A stretch of DNA of 64,000 nt from Selaginella moellendorffii (lineage: Eukaryota; Plantae; Lycopodiophyta): positions 60,452 to 124,451 of the forward strand of contig NW_003314266.1 in NCBI RefSeq assembly GCF_000143415.4. Direction: 5' to 3'. The notes beneath the pieces were generated by a model. That model made no database searches and was not told where the DNA came from. It worked only from the letters and a program-made list of their open reading frames with translations. Below, in pieces: positions 11,308 through 22,348 of the stretch. The position numbers and the translations under genes are program-made. The number at the start of each line of letters is the position of its first letter. The first letter of the stretch is position 1.

Positions 11308-13207
11308 ATGGGAGGTTGCGTTGATCTTGACGAGCGACGTAGAAGGAAGAGAGGCAGGGTGAGTCAATACACCGAGGAGGAGATTCACCATTATCTTGTG
11401 AAGAAAGCCCAAAGAAAGGTACCTAGAGATCACTGGTTTTTGTTTTAGTCCGTTACTAAATCCTGTGTTTTCAGGCAGCCAAGGTAGCTAAGAAGCTGAA
11501 ACCACAGTTGGTCTCGGGCTATTCAGACGACAGCAATCCTTTCGGAGACTCCAACTTGACTGAGAAGTGAGTAGTTTCTTTTGCGGTTTTGGCGAGGTTT
11601 CTAGAGCTAATCCTCGGTTTCTAGGTTTGTGTGGCGGAAGAAGATCGAACGCGACATTGCGAGTAAGACTCTGAACTTGAAAGATATCTCCGTGAAAGCT
11701 GAAAGGGTGCGCCAGGAGGAACAGATGGTAAGTTAGAATCTCTTCTTTAGATCGTTTGTTTGTTGCTCGGTTTTGCTCATGTTCTTGTGTTTCCAGAAGG
11801 AAATCGAGAAGGTTAAGAAGAAACGGGAAGAGAGAGCCATGGAGAAAGCAAAGAACGAGGAAGAGAAAGCCATGCTAGCAAGAGAAAGAGCAAGGGCAGA
11901 GTTCCAAGACTGGGAGAAAAAGGAAGAAGAGGTATGATATAGATGTCCTTTTGCGTATCCTTTTGCAAGTTCTAATTACGCGTCAATGCACTGCAGTTTC
12001 TTTTCCACCAACGGCAAGTCCGTGCCGAGATACGCATCAAGGAGGGCCGAGCCACGAAGATTGATCTTCTATCCAAGCTCGACGACTTGAGGATGGCCGA
12101 GCCTTACCACATCTTCAAGGGCCTTAGCGTGAAAGAAATGGAGAAGCTACATGAAGAACTTCGCTTGCATTTGGAGCTGGACAGGAAAAATACCGAGTTC
12201 TGGGAGGCCATGACGGTTGTCTGCGACTCAGAGCTAGCAGAAAGACGAAAGAGAGAAGCTGGAGCTTGCGGTGGAGAGGATAATTTGGTGCTCGACGATG
12301 CTGGACTCCATACCAGCATTGATCTAGACGTAAACACTCTCCTCCAAAACATGACCTCGAGTCAACTCCAGGAAGAGCAAGCAAAGATAGAAGAAAAATT
12401 AAGATCTGGATCAGCCAAGATCGTCGAGTTCTGGGAGTCCGTCCTAAAGAGAGTGCACGTCTTCAAAGCCAAGGTAAGCCATCTTGTGCTTTGTTTCGCG
12501 ATTTAAGTTCTGACATATCGATGCAAACGTGCAGGCACGGCTCCGAGAAATAGCCATGGATCTAGCGCAGCAGCACCACGAGATTTCAAGCGAGAAAGTA
12601 GAGGAAGCGATGGCTCCTCGCTCTCCTGAGCCGATTCCTCGTCAAGCGGTTCGAGGAGATGGGATTCCAGAGTTTGAGAGAGCAGAGCTGGGAAAGGTAG
12701 AAGACGGCCATGCTGAGTTTGGCTCCGGGGCGGAAGTCAGTGTGGAATCTGATCACGTAAACCTGTGGCGTGACAAGTACAGCCCACGAAAGCCTAAGTA
12801 CTTGAACAGGGTCCATACGGGATACGAGTGGAACAAGTACAATCAAACGCACTACGATCACGATTCTCCGCCACCAAAAACTGTCCAGGGATACAAGTTC
12901 AACATCTTCTACCCCGATTTGATCGACTGCACGAAGGCACCAACGTTTGCCATCGAGAGAGACGGGATCAGTGGCGATACTGCCATCATCAGATTCACTG
13001 CGGGTGCTCCATACGAAGATATTGTAAGTGTTTGATGTTTTCTCTTCGTTGTGCTCTTTGTTTTCCATTCTAACTTGTGTGCTACAGGCGTTTCGCATCG
13101 TCAACAAGGAGTGGGAGCGCTCCCCCAAGAACGGATTCAAGTGTACATTTGAGCGAGGTATCCTCTGCGTTTACTTCAATTTCAAGCGATATCGCTACAG
13201 GAGATGA
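11308..13207 (+). CDS. CACTIN: Splicing factor Cactin
   Basis: GYSDDSNPFGDSNLTEKFVWRKK, EFQDWEKKEEEF, PRKPKYLNRVHTGYEWNKYNQTHYD, GYKFNIFYPDLID and terminal FKRYRYRR. Seven exons. Confidence 0.95.
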
Positions 13208-13388
13208 TGGAAGGCTGATTTTGTAAAAAGTGTCCAGCGCTATCAAATTTGTGTAACGAAACCAATCTATGAAGTCCTATCCTCCCTGTATGATCCTTGT
13301 CAAGTCCCTTTTTGGACTTTACATTGACTGGCATTGTCTTTACATGAGCTCAATGAAGCATAGCTTAGACCATCACGGCTAAAACGAA

Positions 13389-14408
13389 TCAATCCTCGAA
13401 GTATGATCCCTGTTGGCTCCACTCCGGCGACGAATCCGACCAGCAGCGAGGAGCGTAACCCCAGTTGGAGTAAATCCATCTCTCCGCCAGCCTCAGGACC
13501 CCGCTCGAATCCAGCACCCGGTTCCAAATCCCCGACACGATGCAGTAGTTCCCATCGAAAGGCTCCCGGTGGTGCTTGCCGTGCATTCTCGTCGACACGA
13601 GCACCCCAAGATCCTGGAGCGCCCTCACAGCTCCTGGAAGTTGGCTGCGCCGGGTGTGAGCCCACGAGTGGAACTGCTGGCTGAAGACCACGCATCCCAG
13701 GAAAACTCCCAGGAACGCATCCACGGGGCCACTGCCGGGAGTCGCCACCAAAACCGGGACGAGAAAGATCGTTGCCGGACGAGCCAGCGAGTGGATGTTG
13801 TTGGAGAAGTCGCGCTTGGTGATCGTCCAGGGACGCTTGTGGTGCCCCTGGAACGCGTCGATCTGGGGGCCGAAGAGTGGAGTCTTGTCGTCGCCGTAGT
13901 TGTCGATCCCCCAGTGGTAGATGCCGGTGGCCAAGTCGGCTAGAACGTAGGCGGACAGGATGGCGAGTGCCGAGAGACCTGCGTCGGAGCTTGTCTCGAT
14001 GCCAGCCGCGGACTTTGCTAGCATTCCCAGCAGCGAGGAGCATCCGGCAAACACCCATAGCCTGTGCTCCATCGTCGAGCTCAAACTAGTATCACTGCTT
14101 CCCATGTCTTTGATCCTCGCAGCATTCTCCTTGTCCCAGGAAATGGTCTCGTCGCGGAGAACTTGGAGCACTGGAGGAGGAGCATCTCCCAACGCTTCTT
14201 CACGAGCTTGTGGAACTCTGGATGATCCCTGGAGCCTCGCAAGTTCTTCACGTGTGACTTTGAGTGATCCCTCAGTGTCGGTGTCCTTGACACAGATCTG
14301 GCAAGTCACCGCCTGCTGCCTGTAAAATCCCGATCGTCCCAAAGAGTAGTACCTTGTTGCAAGCTTTCCAGAGTAAGATGTGCTTCTCCATCCAGTGAGA
14401 ACTTCCAT
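13389..14408 (-). CDS. FAD4: Fatty acid desaturase 4 (TMEM189/Kua domain), plastid
   Basis: Intronless. GIYHWGIDNYG plus the histidine boxes FQGHH, FHSWAH and HGKHH. An upstream in-frame ATG at 14492 is an alternative start. Confidence 0.92.
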   Translation of the reverse strand: MEVLTGWRSTSYSGKLATRYYSLGRSGFYRQQAVTCQICVKDTDTEGSLKVTREELARLQGSSRVPQAREEALGDAPPPVLQVLRDETISWDKENAARIKDMGSSDTSLSSTMEHRLWVFAGCSSLLGMLAKSAAGIETSSDAGLSALAILSAYVLADLATGIYHWGIDNYGDDKTPLFGPQIDAFQGHHKRPWTITKRDFSNNIHSLARPATIFLVPVLVATPGSGPVDAFLGVFLGCVVFSQQFHSWAHTRRSQLPGAVRALQDLGVLVSTRMHGKHHREPFDGNYCIVSGIWNRVLDSSGVLRLAERWIYSNWGYAPRCWSDSSPEWSQQGSYFED

Positions 14409-14607
14409 ATCTCTTGCACTGCGTCCCAAAGTTCTCTGGTTCTTCGCAGCTCTCCCTTTTGTATCGTCATACTTGTGTATCAAATTCGTCATCGCAGTGG
14501 CGCTTTTTCCACCTCAAAAGCTCATGGCCGACGGTGGCGCTCGCTCCACGCTAGAATGTTCGCATACTCTTTATCCCCGGATATCCTCGCTGGCTTTGGA
14601 CCACGTA

Positions 14608-15708
14608 TTAGTCGCGGAGTTTAGCTGTAAAAACCGGGAAGCTTTCCTCCTCGGACCTGGAAACTTTGGCCGTTTTAGAAGCATAATTCGCTGGCTTCGA
14701 CCGTGCCTTCTCGCATCGTCCCTGCGGAGCTTGCGGGTTCCTGTTTTCTTTCATCTGGCCCTTGCGGATACCGGTGGTCGCGTCCATTTTTACTTGCCTG
14801 TTCTTCTCGCCAAGAACAGGCCTGCTCGCAGTAGCTTGTTTCTTCGATGGAGCATTCCTGTCTGGAGCCTTGGTGGATCTTAAGCTTTTCGCCCAGTCGA
14901 AAGTTTTCCCCCAGAAGCGTGGTGACAGTCGCAAAGTTTTTAGTTGCTCTTCCAGGCGCACAGGTTTTTCCGCTCCTATGAATTGCGTTTTAGTCACACC
15001 TTCCTTTTGTCTCGACTTAGTTGGGACTTTCTTCTCATCGCCACGGCGAGTATTGTCACTCGACTTCACGAGCTTTTTCTCCCTCGGGACGTTGTCTCTG
15101 GATTTTTCCGGATTGGAGCGTGCCAATCGCGTCCCTCCTACGTTCTCCTTTTGCAAGATCCTGACTCGTTGCTGAAAGTTCTTTTCGTTGGATGGCTTCT
15201 TACGGGAGACATTCTCTGCTGCAAAGCTTTTCTTCGACAAAGGGTCGCTTAGTGCCATCTTTTTCTCTTCACGCTCGCATTGTAAGTCGGCCAGCTTCTT
15301 TGACAACGCCGCGATCCCACTTTGCAGCTCTTCCTCGAGCCTACGATCGTTCTCATCTTCCAGCTCCGCCTGGACGATCGTTTCTAGCAGCTCTCCTTCA
15401 ATGTTACGATCCGGACCATGAATCCAGCATTCATCGAGACTTCTTTCCACACCACGTTGCAATGTAGCTGGCGTGGCCAAAGAACAAGCCTCTCTAAAAG
15501 CTGGATCATCGCTGAGAACTTTCCTCGTGGAAGTTAAGAACCCAAAAGACGCAGCACCGATCACGCCAACATTGACAGCGAACTTCCCAGTGGACGAGAA
15601 ATTCTTCGCTGCGGAGCTCCATGATCCCTTCAATCCAGGCCGCCGCTCGCTGGAGCTAGAGCTACTGCCAATGGTCTCGGACCGATAGGCCGCATTGCTC
15701 CAAACCAC
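14608..15708 (-). CDS. Unknown basic coiled-coil ORF (366 codons, no clear ATG), possibly a pseudogene
   Basis: Long open frame with a coiled-coil segment (ELEDENDRRLEEELQSGIAALSKKLADLQ) and a Lys/Arg-rich tail. It starts at GTG and I found no in-frame upstream ATG exon. Confidence 0.4.
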   Translation of the reverse strand: MVWSNAAYRSETIGSSSSSSERRPGLKGSWSSAAKNFSSTGKFAVNVGVIGAASFGFLTSTRKVLSDDPAFREACSLATPATLQRGVERSLDECWIHGPDRNIEGELLETIVQAELEDENDRRLEEELQSGIAALSKKLADLQCEREEKKMALSDPLSKKSFAAENVSRKKPSNEKNFQQRVRILQKENVGGTRLARSNPEKSRDNVPREKKLVKSSDNTRRGDEKKVPTKSRQKEGVTKTQFIGAEKPVRLEEQLKTLRLSPRFWGKTFDWAKSLRSTKAPDRNAPSKKQATASRPVLGEKNRQVKMDATTGIRKGQMKENRNPQAPQGRCEKARSKPANYASKTAKVSRSEEESFPVFTAKLRD

Positions 15709-16017
15709 AGCACACTCGCTGTGGAGGGCCGTGGTGGAAGAAGAATCATCAGGGCGCTGAGAAGCCGACGAAGAGGGATCGCCTGCCAGGCCAAGGCACC
15801 ACTAAGTCTTTCCGCTCGCTCAATCGAAGATTACCTGAGGGAAAGTCCTTGCACTGCAATGGCGGCGATCTGGCCGCCCTGCGATTGCAAGAGAGCTTGG
15901 ATTCGACCGCTCGCTTCTTCGTCTCCCTCGCCCGCCCGGTGCTCCACATTTGCTACGCTGCCTAGAACCCTAACGAGATTTTAGCCGATCAAATAAACCC
16001 TTCGTTTGCTCCGTTTG

Positions 16018-16160
16018 CTAGTTAAACGACATACTCTGTCATTTTCTCCATGTAAATATATACGTGTCCACTCAGCGTCCACATGAATCTCTTGCCACCT
16101 TGGATTAGACTCCAGGCTGGCTATCTACATCCCATGGCCCCTCATGTTCGACTTCGTCCC
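16018..16160 (+). repeat. Direct repeat, copy A (copy B at 19438-19603)
   Basis: CTAGTTAAACGACATACTCTGT...CATCCCATGGCCCCTCATGTTCGACTTCGTC is present at both positions with small indels. Confidence 0.85.
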
Positions 16161-16474
16161 TGGGTACAAAGATCTCCGAATGACAGCTCCGGATTTGTTC
16201 GAGATTAAAGAGGTTTCAACTTGAAGAAGTGAAACGTATTTCTCTTCTATTTCTCGCTTGATTCCTCAGCTTTCATTGTTGTAGCACTTCTTATAAACAT
16301 CAATTCGAAGGCCCAGCAGAGCGGCAGAGAGGGCGGCTACGGGGAGAGCGGCCGAACGAAAGGGGGTGGACACCCCTCTAGGTTTTTGTAGGGTTTCGCG
16401 CTAAGCGATCGATCCGGTTGGCCAGCAAAAGGTCAGATACTTCTGGTTTCTGTGACGATCAAATTTGTTATCAT

Positions 16475-17815
16475 ATGCAGGATATAGCCCGAATGGCCAA
16501 GGACCTCTTACAGCTCGCTCAGCCACTGCTTGATGTCCAGCCAGGATCATGCAGTGAAAAGTTTGGCGGTGATTCAAAGAGAATCAGGAAGGACGTCGCC
16601 ATGTTTTTGCTCAAGAGGATGGCTTTCCAGATGGAGGTGTCGGGGAATGCCTTCTCTAGCAGGGACGATCCGGCGTGGACAGAGTTGGGATACAGGCCGA
16701 TAGTCAGTCACTTCCTCGGGGCATTCACGTCTCTGGCTCTAAAGTTTGGGGAGCGCCTCGAAGAAGAAGAGGAAGAGGAAGAGCGCTACAATGATCCGTG
16801 TGTTGATTCGTTCCAGGATGACAAGAGTGTCGGAGAGTTTGCGAAGTGGTTATCGCTGGAGCTGGCTGACCGGGCTGAAGAGCAAGGGAAGGACGAGGAA
16901 GAAGAAGAAGTTCGCGATGATGTCCATAGAGAAAACGAAGTAGAAGACGAGGAAGAAAAGGATGGCGAGGGTGATAAAGACGATGAAGAAGATGAAGATG
17001 GTGAAGCTCACAGTGGCCGTGACTTGTCCAAGTTCTTTCCTCTCGATGAGCAAGCCAAGAGTTTCACGAACGAAGCAGTCCTCCTCCGGATGTATGGACG
17101 TGACCACGCCATCAACCAGCACATCACTCTGGGAGTTTTGGGTGGAAGAGGCGCGGATGAATGGCCGGACGATGCCTTCGAGATGTTCTACTACGGGTGC
17201 GCCGCCGCGATGCGCAACATACGAGCAGGAAGGATGGACAAGATCCCGTGCATTGCCGTTGGACTCAAATGGTGGGCTTCGGGAGAGATCGATCCGGTGG
17301 GCTTCGTCCGGGTCACCGCCAAGAACAAGATCACGAGCTCAAGCGCCGCAGCGTTCAAGTCCCACGTCGAACAGAAGTGTGAGTGGCTGGAGCTGCGAGG
17401 CCAAGGCCGCAGAGCCCGCAAGCTTAGGCGAAAGTATCTCCAAAAGAGCGATGAAGAGCTTATCGCTGCTCTCGAGGCGCGAGTTCGCGCAAGAACAGCC
17501 GAGGCCTCCATGAATCTCGACGAGAAATCTTTCCAAGAGGTGGAGCATCGCTACAAGTCCAGTGCATTCGCAGCCAAGCCATGCAATCTCCTCGTGGGAG
17601 AGGCCACATATCCGCCCCAATCCTCCACGATGCTGCGGTTTCCACTGGATAGAAACGCAAGGTCTGGCGATGGTGACAAAGACCTGGTGTCGGGGATGGC
17701 AAGGACGCTCTTTGGAGACCGTGTTCTTCGCTGGAGCTTGAGAAGCGTGGGGAAGCTTTCGCGGGATCGCGATCAAGCCACAAGGATCTTTGCGAGCTCT
17801 CTTGTAGCATCCTAA
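16475..17815 (+). CDS. Orphan-family protein with an intronless CDS and a long acidic insert; homologue of 22349-24287; possible inactive PD-(D/E)xK-like fold
   Basis: About 447-codon open frame from ATG 16475 (alternative ATG 16493). Telo-box near 16389. Motif-level homology to the minus-strand gene (see findings). Confidence 0.7.
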   Translation: MQDIARMAKDLLQLAQPLLDVQPGSCSEKFGGDSKRIRKDVAMFLLKRMAFQMEVSGNAFSSRDDPAWTELGYRPIVSHFLGAFTSLALKFGERLEEEEEEEERYNDPCVDSFQDDKSVGEFAKWLSLELADRAEEQGKDEEEEEVRDDVHRENEVEDEEEKDGEGDKDDEEDEDGEAHSGRDLSKFFPLDEQAKSFTNEAVLLRMYGRDHAINQHITLGVLGGRGADEWPDDAFEMFYYGCAAAMRNIRAGRMDKIPCIAVGLKWWASGEIDPVGFVRVTAKNKITSSSAAAFKSHVEQKCEWLELRGQGRRARKLRRKYLQKSDEELIAALEARVRARTAEASMNLDEKSFQEVEHRYKSSAFAAKPCNLLVGEATYPPQSSTMLRFPLDRNARSGDGDKDLVSGMARTLFGDRVLRWSLRSVGKLSRDRDQATRIFASSLVAS

Positions 17816-18050
17816 AGAACTTCTTCCATCACTTTCTTCGTTTCAAGAGCTCATCTTCTTCCAATCTAAAATACTCGGGCATTTTTCCAGATGCCCGCAC
17901 TGGTCATTTTCTTGAAGCGTTTTCGTACGAATATAGACGACGGCGGGAAAAAACATAAATTCGTGTTCTTGTGGGAAGTTAATTCAAGTGTTTGCGCTGA
18001 CGAGAAGACGAGAAGCTCAATCCCAGTGATTCCAGAGTGCTCGAGCGATA

Positions 18051-19392
18051 CAAGACCACGCAGCGAGCAACACACGACTCTAGATTGCGTGACCGCTCGA
18101 CTGCAGCAGAAGAAGAGGAAGGGAAAAATCTGTGCTGTAGAAAAATTCACTCAAGATCAGGGTTGGAGCGTGCTGGAAATTGTAGAAGAAATGACCACAA
18201 CTAATCCCTCTCTTTACAGGCACGGATTTTAAGAATTGGGCGAAAGAGATTTTGTTCCTCTTTCTCCGGGATAACTGTCTCCGAGTTGTCCAGGGGACAG
18301 AGCTTAAGCCAGCGGCAAGCGACAAAGATGAATGGCAGGTCAGAAATGATAAGGCAGTCTCCACCATAGGGATTGGCTTGAGCAAATTGCACCACCACCA
18401 CCTGGATATCACGAAGACTGCAGAAGAGAATTGGACAGCCTTGAAGAATGTATTCAGGAACCAAGCCAACCCAGAGATTTCAAAGGTTGAGTTAAAGTTT
18501 AAACTTTTTGGCTTAAAAATGGCAGCAGACGAGACTCTAGCAGCTTTTCTAGGAAGACTGAAGTCAGTGCTCTCCCAGCTGTCAAGTGTTGCTCACACCA
18601 GCCTTGAAACTGCTAACGCTGCCAGAGAATTCTTTGTTTGCTTTGAGTTGACAAACAAAGCTGTGGTTGTGGTTGTATCTGTGGGTGTTTGGTCTTCAGC
18701 TGGTTCTTCTTCATTGATAAAAGCTATTTGCATTTCAATGAAGGTTTTTGTTGAGTTCTTGAGCATAATCTTCAATGATTTGAATTCTGGGCGAACCAAA
18801 ACATTGAGGAGAATTACTTGCTTATCATTCTTGGTGACTACTTCACCTAGATTTGACAGCTGGGGGAGCACCAACTTCAGCCTTCCTAGAAAAGCTGTTG
18901 GAGTCTCGTCTGCTGCCATTTTTAAGCCAAAAAGTTTAGACTTCAACTCAACCTTTGAAATCTCTGGGCTGGCTTGGTTCCTGGATACATTCTTCAAAGC
19001 TGTCCAGTTCTCTTCTGCGGTCTTCATGATATCTAAGTGATGGTGCTGCAATTTGCCCAAGCCAATCCCCATGGTGGAGACTGCCTTATCATTTCTGACC
19101 TGCCATTCTTCTTTATCGCTTGCCGCTGACTTAAGCTCTGTCCGCTGGACAACTCGGAGACAGTTATCCCGGAGAAAGAGGAACAAAATCTCTTTCGCCC
19201 AATTCTTAAAATCCATGCCTGTAAAGAGAGGGATTAGTTGTGGTCATTTCTTCTACAATTTCCAGCACGCTCCAACCCTGATCTTGAATGAATTTTTCTA
19301 CAGCACAGATTTTTCCCTTCCTCTTCTTCTGCTGCAGTGAAGCGGTCACGTGATCTAGAGTTGTGTAGCCTTGCTGCTCGCTGCGTGGTCTT
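18051..19392. mobile_element. Inverted duplication of a Ty1/Copia gag fragment (arms 18051-18585 and 18853-19392)
   Basis: The arms are reverse complements. They encode IPLFTGTDFKNWAKE...W.VRNDKA...AEENWTALK.F...LFGLKM..DETL..FL.RL, typical of Copia gag (DUF4219/UBN2). No LTR or pol seen. Confidence 0.85.
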
Positions 19393-19437
19393 GTTTGCCC
19401 ATGAGATCATCGTTTGCTCAGAGACCATGTTAGTTTT

Positions 19438-19603
19438 CTAGTTAAACGACATACTCTGTTTCCCCTAACTACCACTTTGTCATTTTCTCCATGTAAATAT
19501 ATACAAATCTTGTGTCCACTCATTTCAGCGTCCACGTGAATCTCTTGTGGATTGACTCCAGGCTAGCTATCTACATCCCATGGCCCCTCATGTTTGACTT
19601 CGT
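19438..19603 (+). repeat. Direct repeat, copy B
   Basis: Matches 16018-16160. Confidence 0.85.
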
Positions 19604-19736
19604 CTTAGACAGCACAAGACCTGGATCCATTGGCGTCTCCACAGGCTTGCAATCTTGCATGTTGAACTTGTCTGTCACTTTCTTTCCCGGATGATACGAG
19701 TTAACAGCAACGCGCTCGGATGGCAAGAAATGTCAA

Positions 19737-21235
19737 GAGTCACGGTGTTACAAGTTCGAGCATTTCTAAAGGGATGATAAAATGCAAAACTGGAATACCT
19801 GGGACAGTCAAGCGAAAGTCCGCGTTGGGTGCCGCTGCCAGAAAAACTTTTGTTGCCTCCTTGACAGCTTCTTCTCTCTCATCGTCAGACTCGTCGTTCT
19901 CATCAGGGCTGAGATTCAGCAGGGGGACATCCAAAACTTCAAGCTTCTCAAGGTTGAGCTTCTTGTATTCGTTGCTCCTGAATACCTGGTCACCAACAAA
20001 CAGATCCATCCAGTGAGGCATGAGCAATCAAGGAAAGTGTAAAGCCTATGCACAACATGTTTAGGTTCGTCCTCAGCTCTTGGATGCACTTGAAAAATTC
20101 CACGATGCATAATGACTTTTGGCTTTTGTCTCCTGAAAAGCTTGGAAAAAGTTTTAGACACTCCAATTGTGGCATTTTCCCAAGAAAAGACTATGATATG
20201 ACTCCAACTTTCCAACAGTAAAACAATCGCCCCCTACTTCAAGAATGCATAAGATACTAAATGGAGAAACTAACTCTAAGGATCTGATGTGCAACCTCTC
20301 AAGGATCTTACCTTCTGTAACCAGTCATCCACTCACATTTGTCAGTGCCACCATTTTGAGCTTAGGAGTGTCAACAGTGATGACACCTGTGCAATCCTGG
20401 AGCTCCAAGTAGTACACGTTGGGGTTGTGTAACTTGAGGTTTGTCAGCGCCACCATTTTGAGCTTGGGAGTGTCAACAGTGACGACGCTTGTGCAATAAT
20501 AGAGCTCCAAGTAGTACACATTGGGGTTGTGTAACTCGAGGTTGACATCCACCAGATGCAACCTCAGGTACCCCAAAAGCGTTGCCATGTCACAAACTCC
20601 TCCAGATCTTTCTTGGCACTCTCACTATCAATTCGAAAGCCTAGAGTGCATTGCGTGAGCATTGTGAGCGTGGGAGGACTTTGCATTGGAGCTCTCTGCT
20701 TGAGCCGACTGTGAGCTGCCCAAGGTGAGTAGCGGCCGAGAGGAATGAGAGATCTAGTTCTTTGTCTGGAAGCTTGAGTCACAAGAGCAACACCTTGAGC
20801 CTCAACGTGAAGAGATGGCTGCTGTTGTGCACTACTGCCTCCCAGACCATTGGATTGGAGCGATTAAGAAAAAGCTGTTCCATACTGTGGATAAAAATTG
20901 AGGAGATGGCAAAGCGCTTGCTAGAAGCACGTACACTGGCACTTCCCCAGGTGGAGCTGACATGGCACATACGATGGCTGTTCAAAGAAAGATCTATCCA
21001 TGAAGGCTTTCCTCCACAGCTTGCAAACCAGAAGAATTGCCATGAGTGAATACATATTCTGTAGCTTCTTGAAAATCTGCAAAAGGAGCTCTAGAGGAAA
21101 ACGCTCAATTGCACTAGAAGCTGGAGCCAAACGCTCGATCTCACTGCAAGATGGTGCCATTGGAAGACGCTTAATCCCACTGGAAGAGGAAGCCATTGGA
21201 AGACGCTCAGGATTCGCGCTGGAAGATGAAACCAT
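19737..21235 (-). pseudogene. F-box/LRR-like pseudogene
   Basis: F-box IERFPLELLLQIFKKL...LVCKLWR, followed by a premature stop at 20921 and frameshifts. It has N-terminal repeats of about 39 bp (ERLPMASSSS) and an internal 102-bp tandem duplication. Confidence 0.75.
20338..20541. repeat. Tandem duplication of a 102-bp LRR-like unit
   Basis: LHNPNVYYLEL..CT.V.TVDTPKLKMVALTN occurs twice on the minus strand. Confidence 0.85.
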
Positions 21236-21727
21236 CAGAAGAACCCGAGAATGCAGCGAAATAAGAAAAGAGGAAGACGCTCGACGGAAGCGGAGCGGAA
21301 GATGAAGAACCCTAAAATGGAACGAAATATTGAGACGTTAGAGGGTTTCCATGCGAGCGGCCACAACCTGGGTGGAAAAGCTGGAAGATCACTATGATCT
21401 GAGCTCTTATCGTCTTGTCTCGCTCGCGTCGATCCTCAGAGGTTGCGAAGAAAAACTCAAATCGGAAGAATGCGAGTGTCGTGGGAAGAAAAGTCCTCTA
21501 TCTGCAAGCGCTTAATGATCGATCGTCCTTGGAGCCTCTCGGCGGAGAAGGTATTCCCATTCCCGCCGCAGGCCATTGTGTGGGTGTATTCTCTTTACCA
21601 GTGCATCCAGGCGCACGCAGCATGGATTCAGAGCAAATCCAAGCAAACTGCCTGTTTTTATTCCTCTCCTCCAGGAGGAAGCATTCCCGGCGAACACTGC
21701 CAATGCCACAACAAAGAAGAATCCTAT

Positions 21728-22060
21728 GGTGAAGAAGATGAAGATGGTGAAGCTCATAGTGGCCGTGACTTGTCCGAGTTCTTTCTTCTCGACGAGCAAC
21801 CCAAGAGTTTCACGAACGAGGCAGTCCTCCTCCGGAGCAGATCACGCATCAGCGTTCAAGTCCCATGTCGAAAAGAAGTGTGGCTGGAGCTGCATGGCCA
21901 AGGTCGCAGAGCCCGCAAGCTTCGGCGAGATCTCGATGGAGCGCTCATCTTGGATGGCAAGGACGCTCTTTGGAGACCGTGTTCTTCGAGAAGCGTGGGG
22001 AAGCTCTCGCGTGATCTCTTTGTGGGCTCTCTTGTATATTCGTTTCAAGAACGCATTTAG
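21728..22060 (+). pseudogene. Internally deleted copy of the 16475-17815 gene
   Basis: EEDEDGEAHSGRDLSEFF.LDEQPKSFTNEAVLLR, LELHGQGRRARKLRR, MARTLFGDRVL and SVGKLSRD are joined by deletions and frameshifts. Confidence 0.85.
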
Positions 22061-22348
22061 CCAGGGGCATTTGCTTAAAGCGTTTTCGTAGGTAAAACCA
22101 TAAATTCGTGTAAGATCGAGAATCCAGCAGCTGTACTGCGTTGATCTCTTCCACAGAGATGGGAGCGAAACACCTTGAAGAGCAAATAAAAGGGTCGAGA
22201 AACTATATGAAGTGTTTTAGCTGGAGCGTGTTTCTGTGTGGAATGTAAGGAAAAGGTGGAAGATCACTAAACAAAGAGGTTGATATGAATTTCTCGTATC
22301 ATCTAACTGGCTCAATGTGAAGCTCCATTAGAGCTTGCGAAGAAAAAC

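Noticed and set aside
16018-16045. CTAG plus a small hairpin as a Helitron 3' end
   Set aside because: The hairpin is only about 4 bp and the flanking base does not fit the A|T insertion rule.
18252-19040. 262-aa ORF running across the hairpin
   Set aside because: It is sense gag fused to antisense gag by the inversion, with no ATG start.
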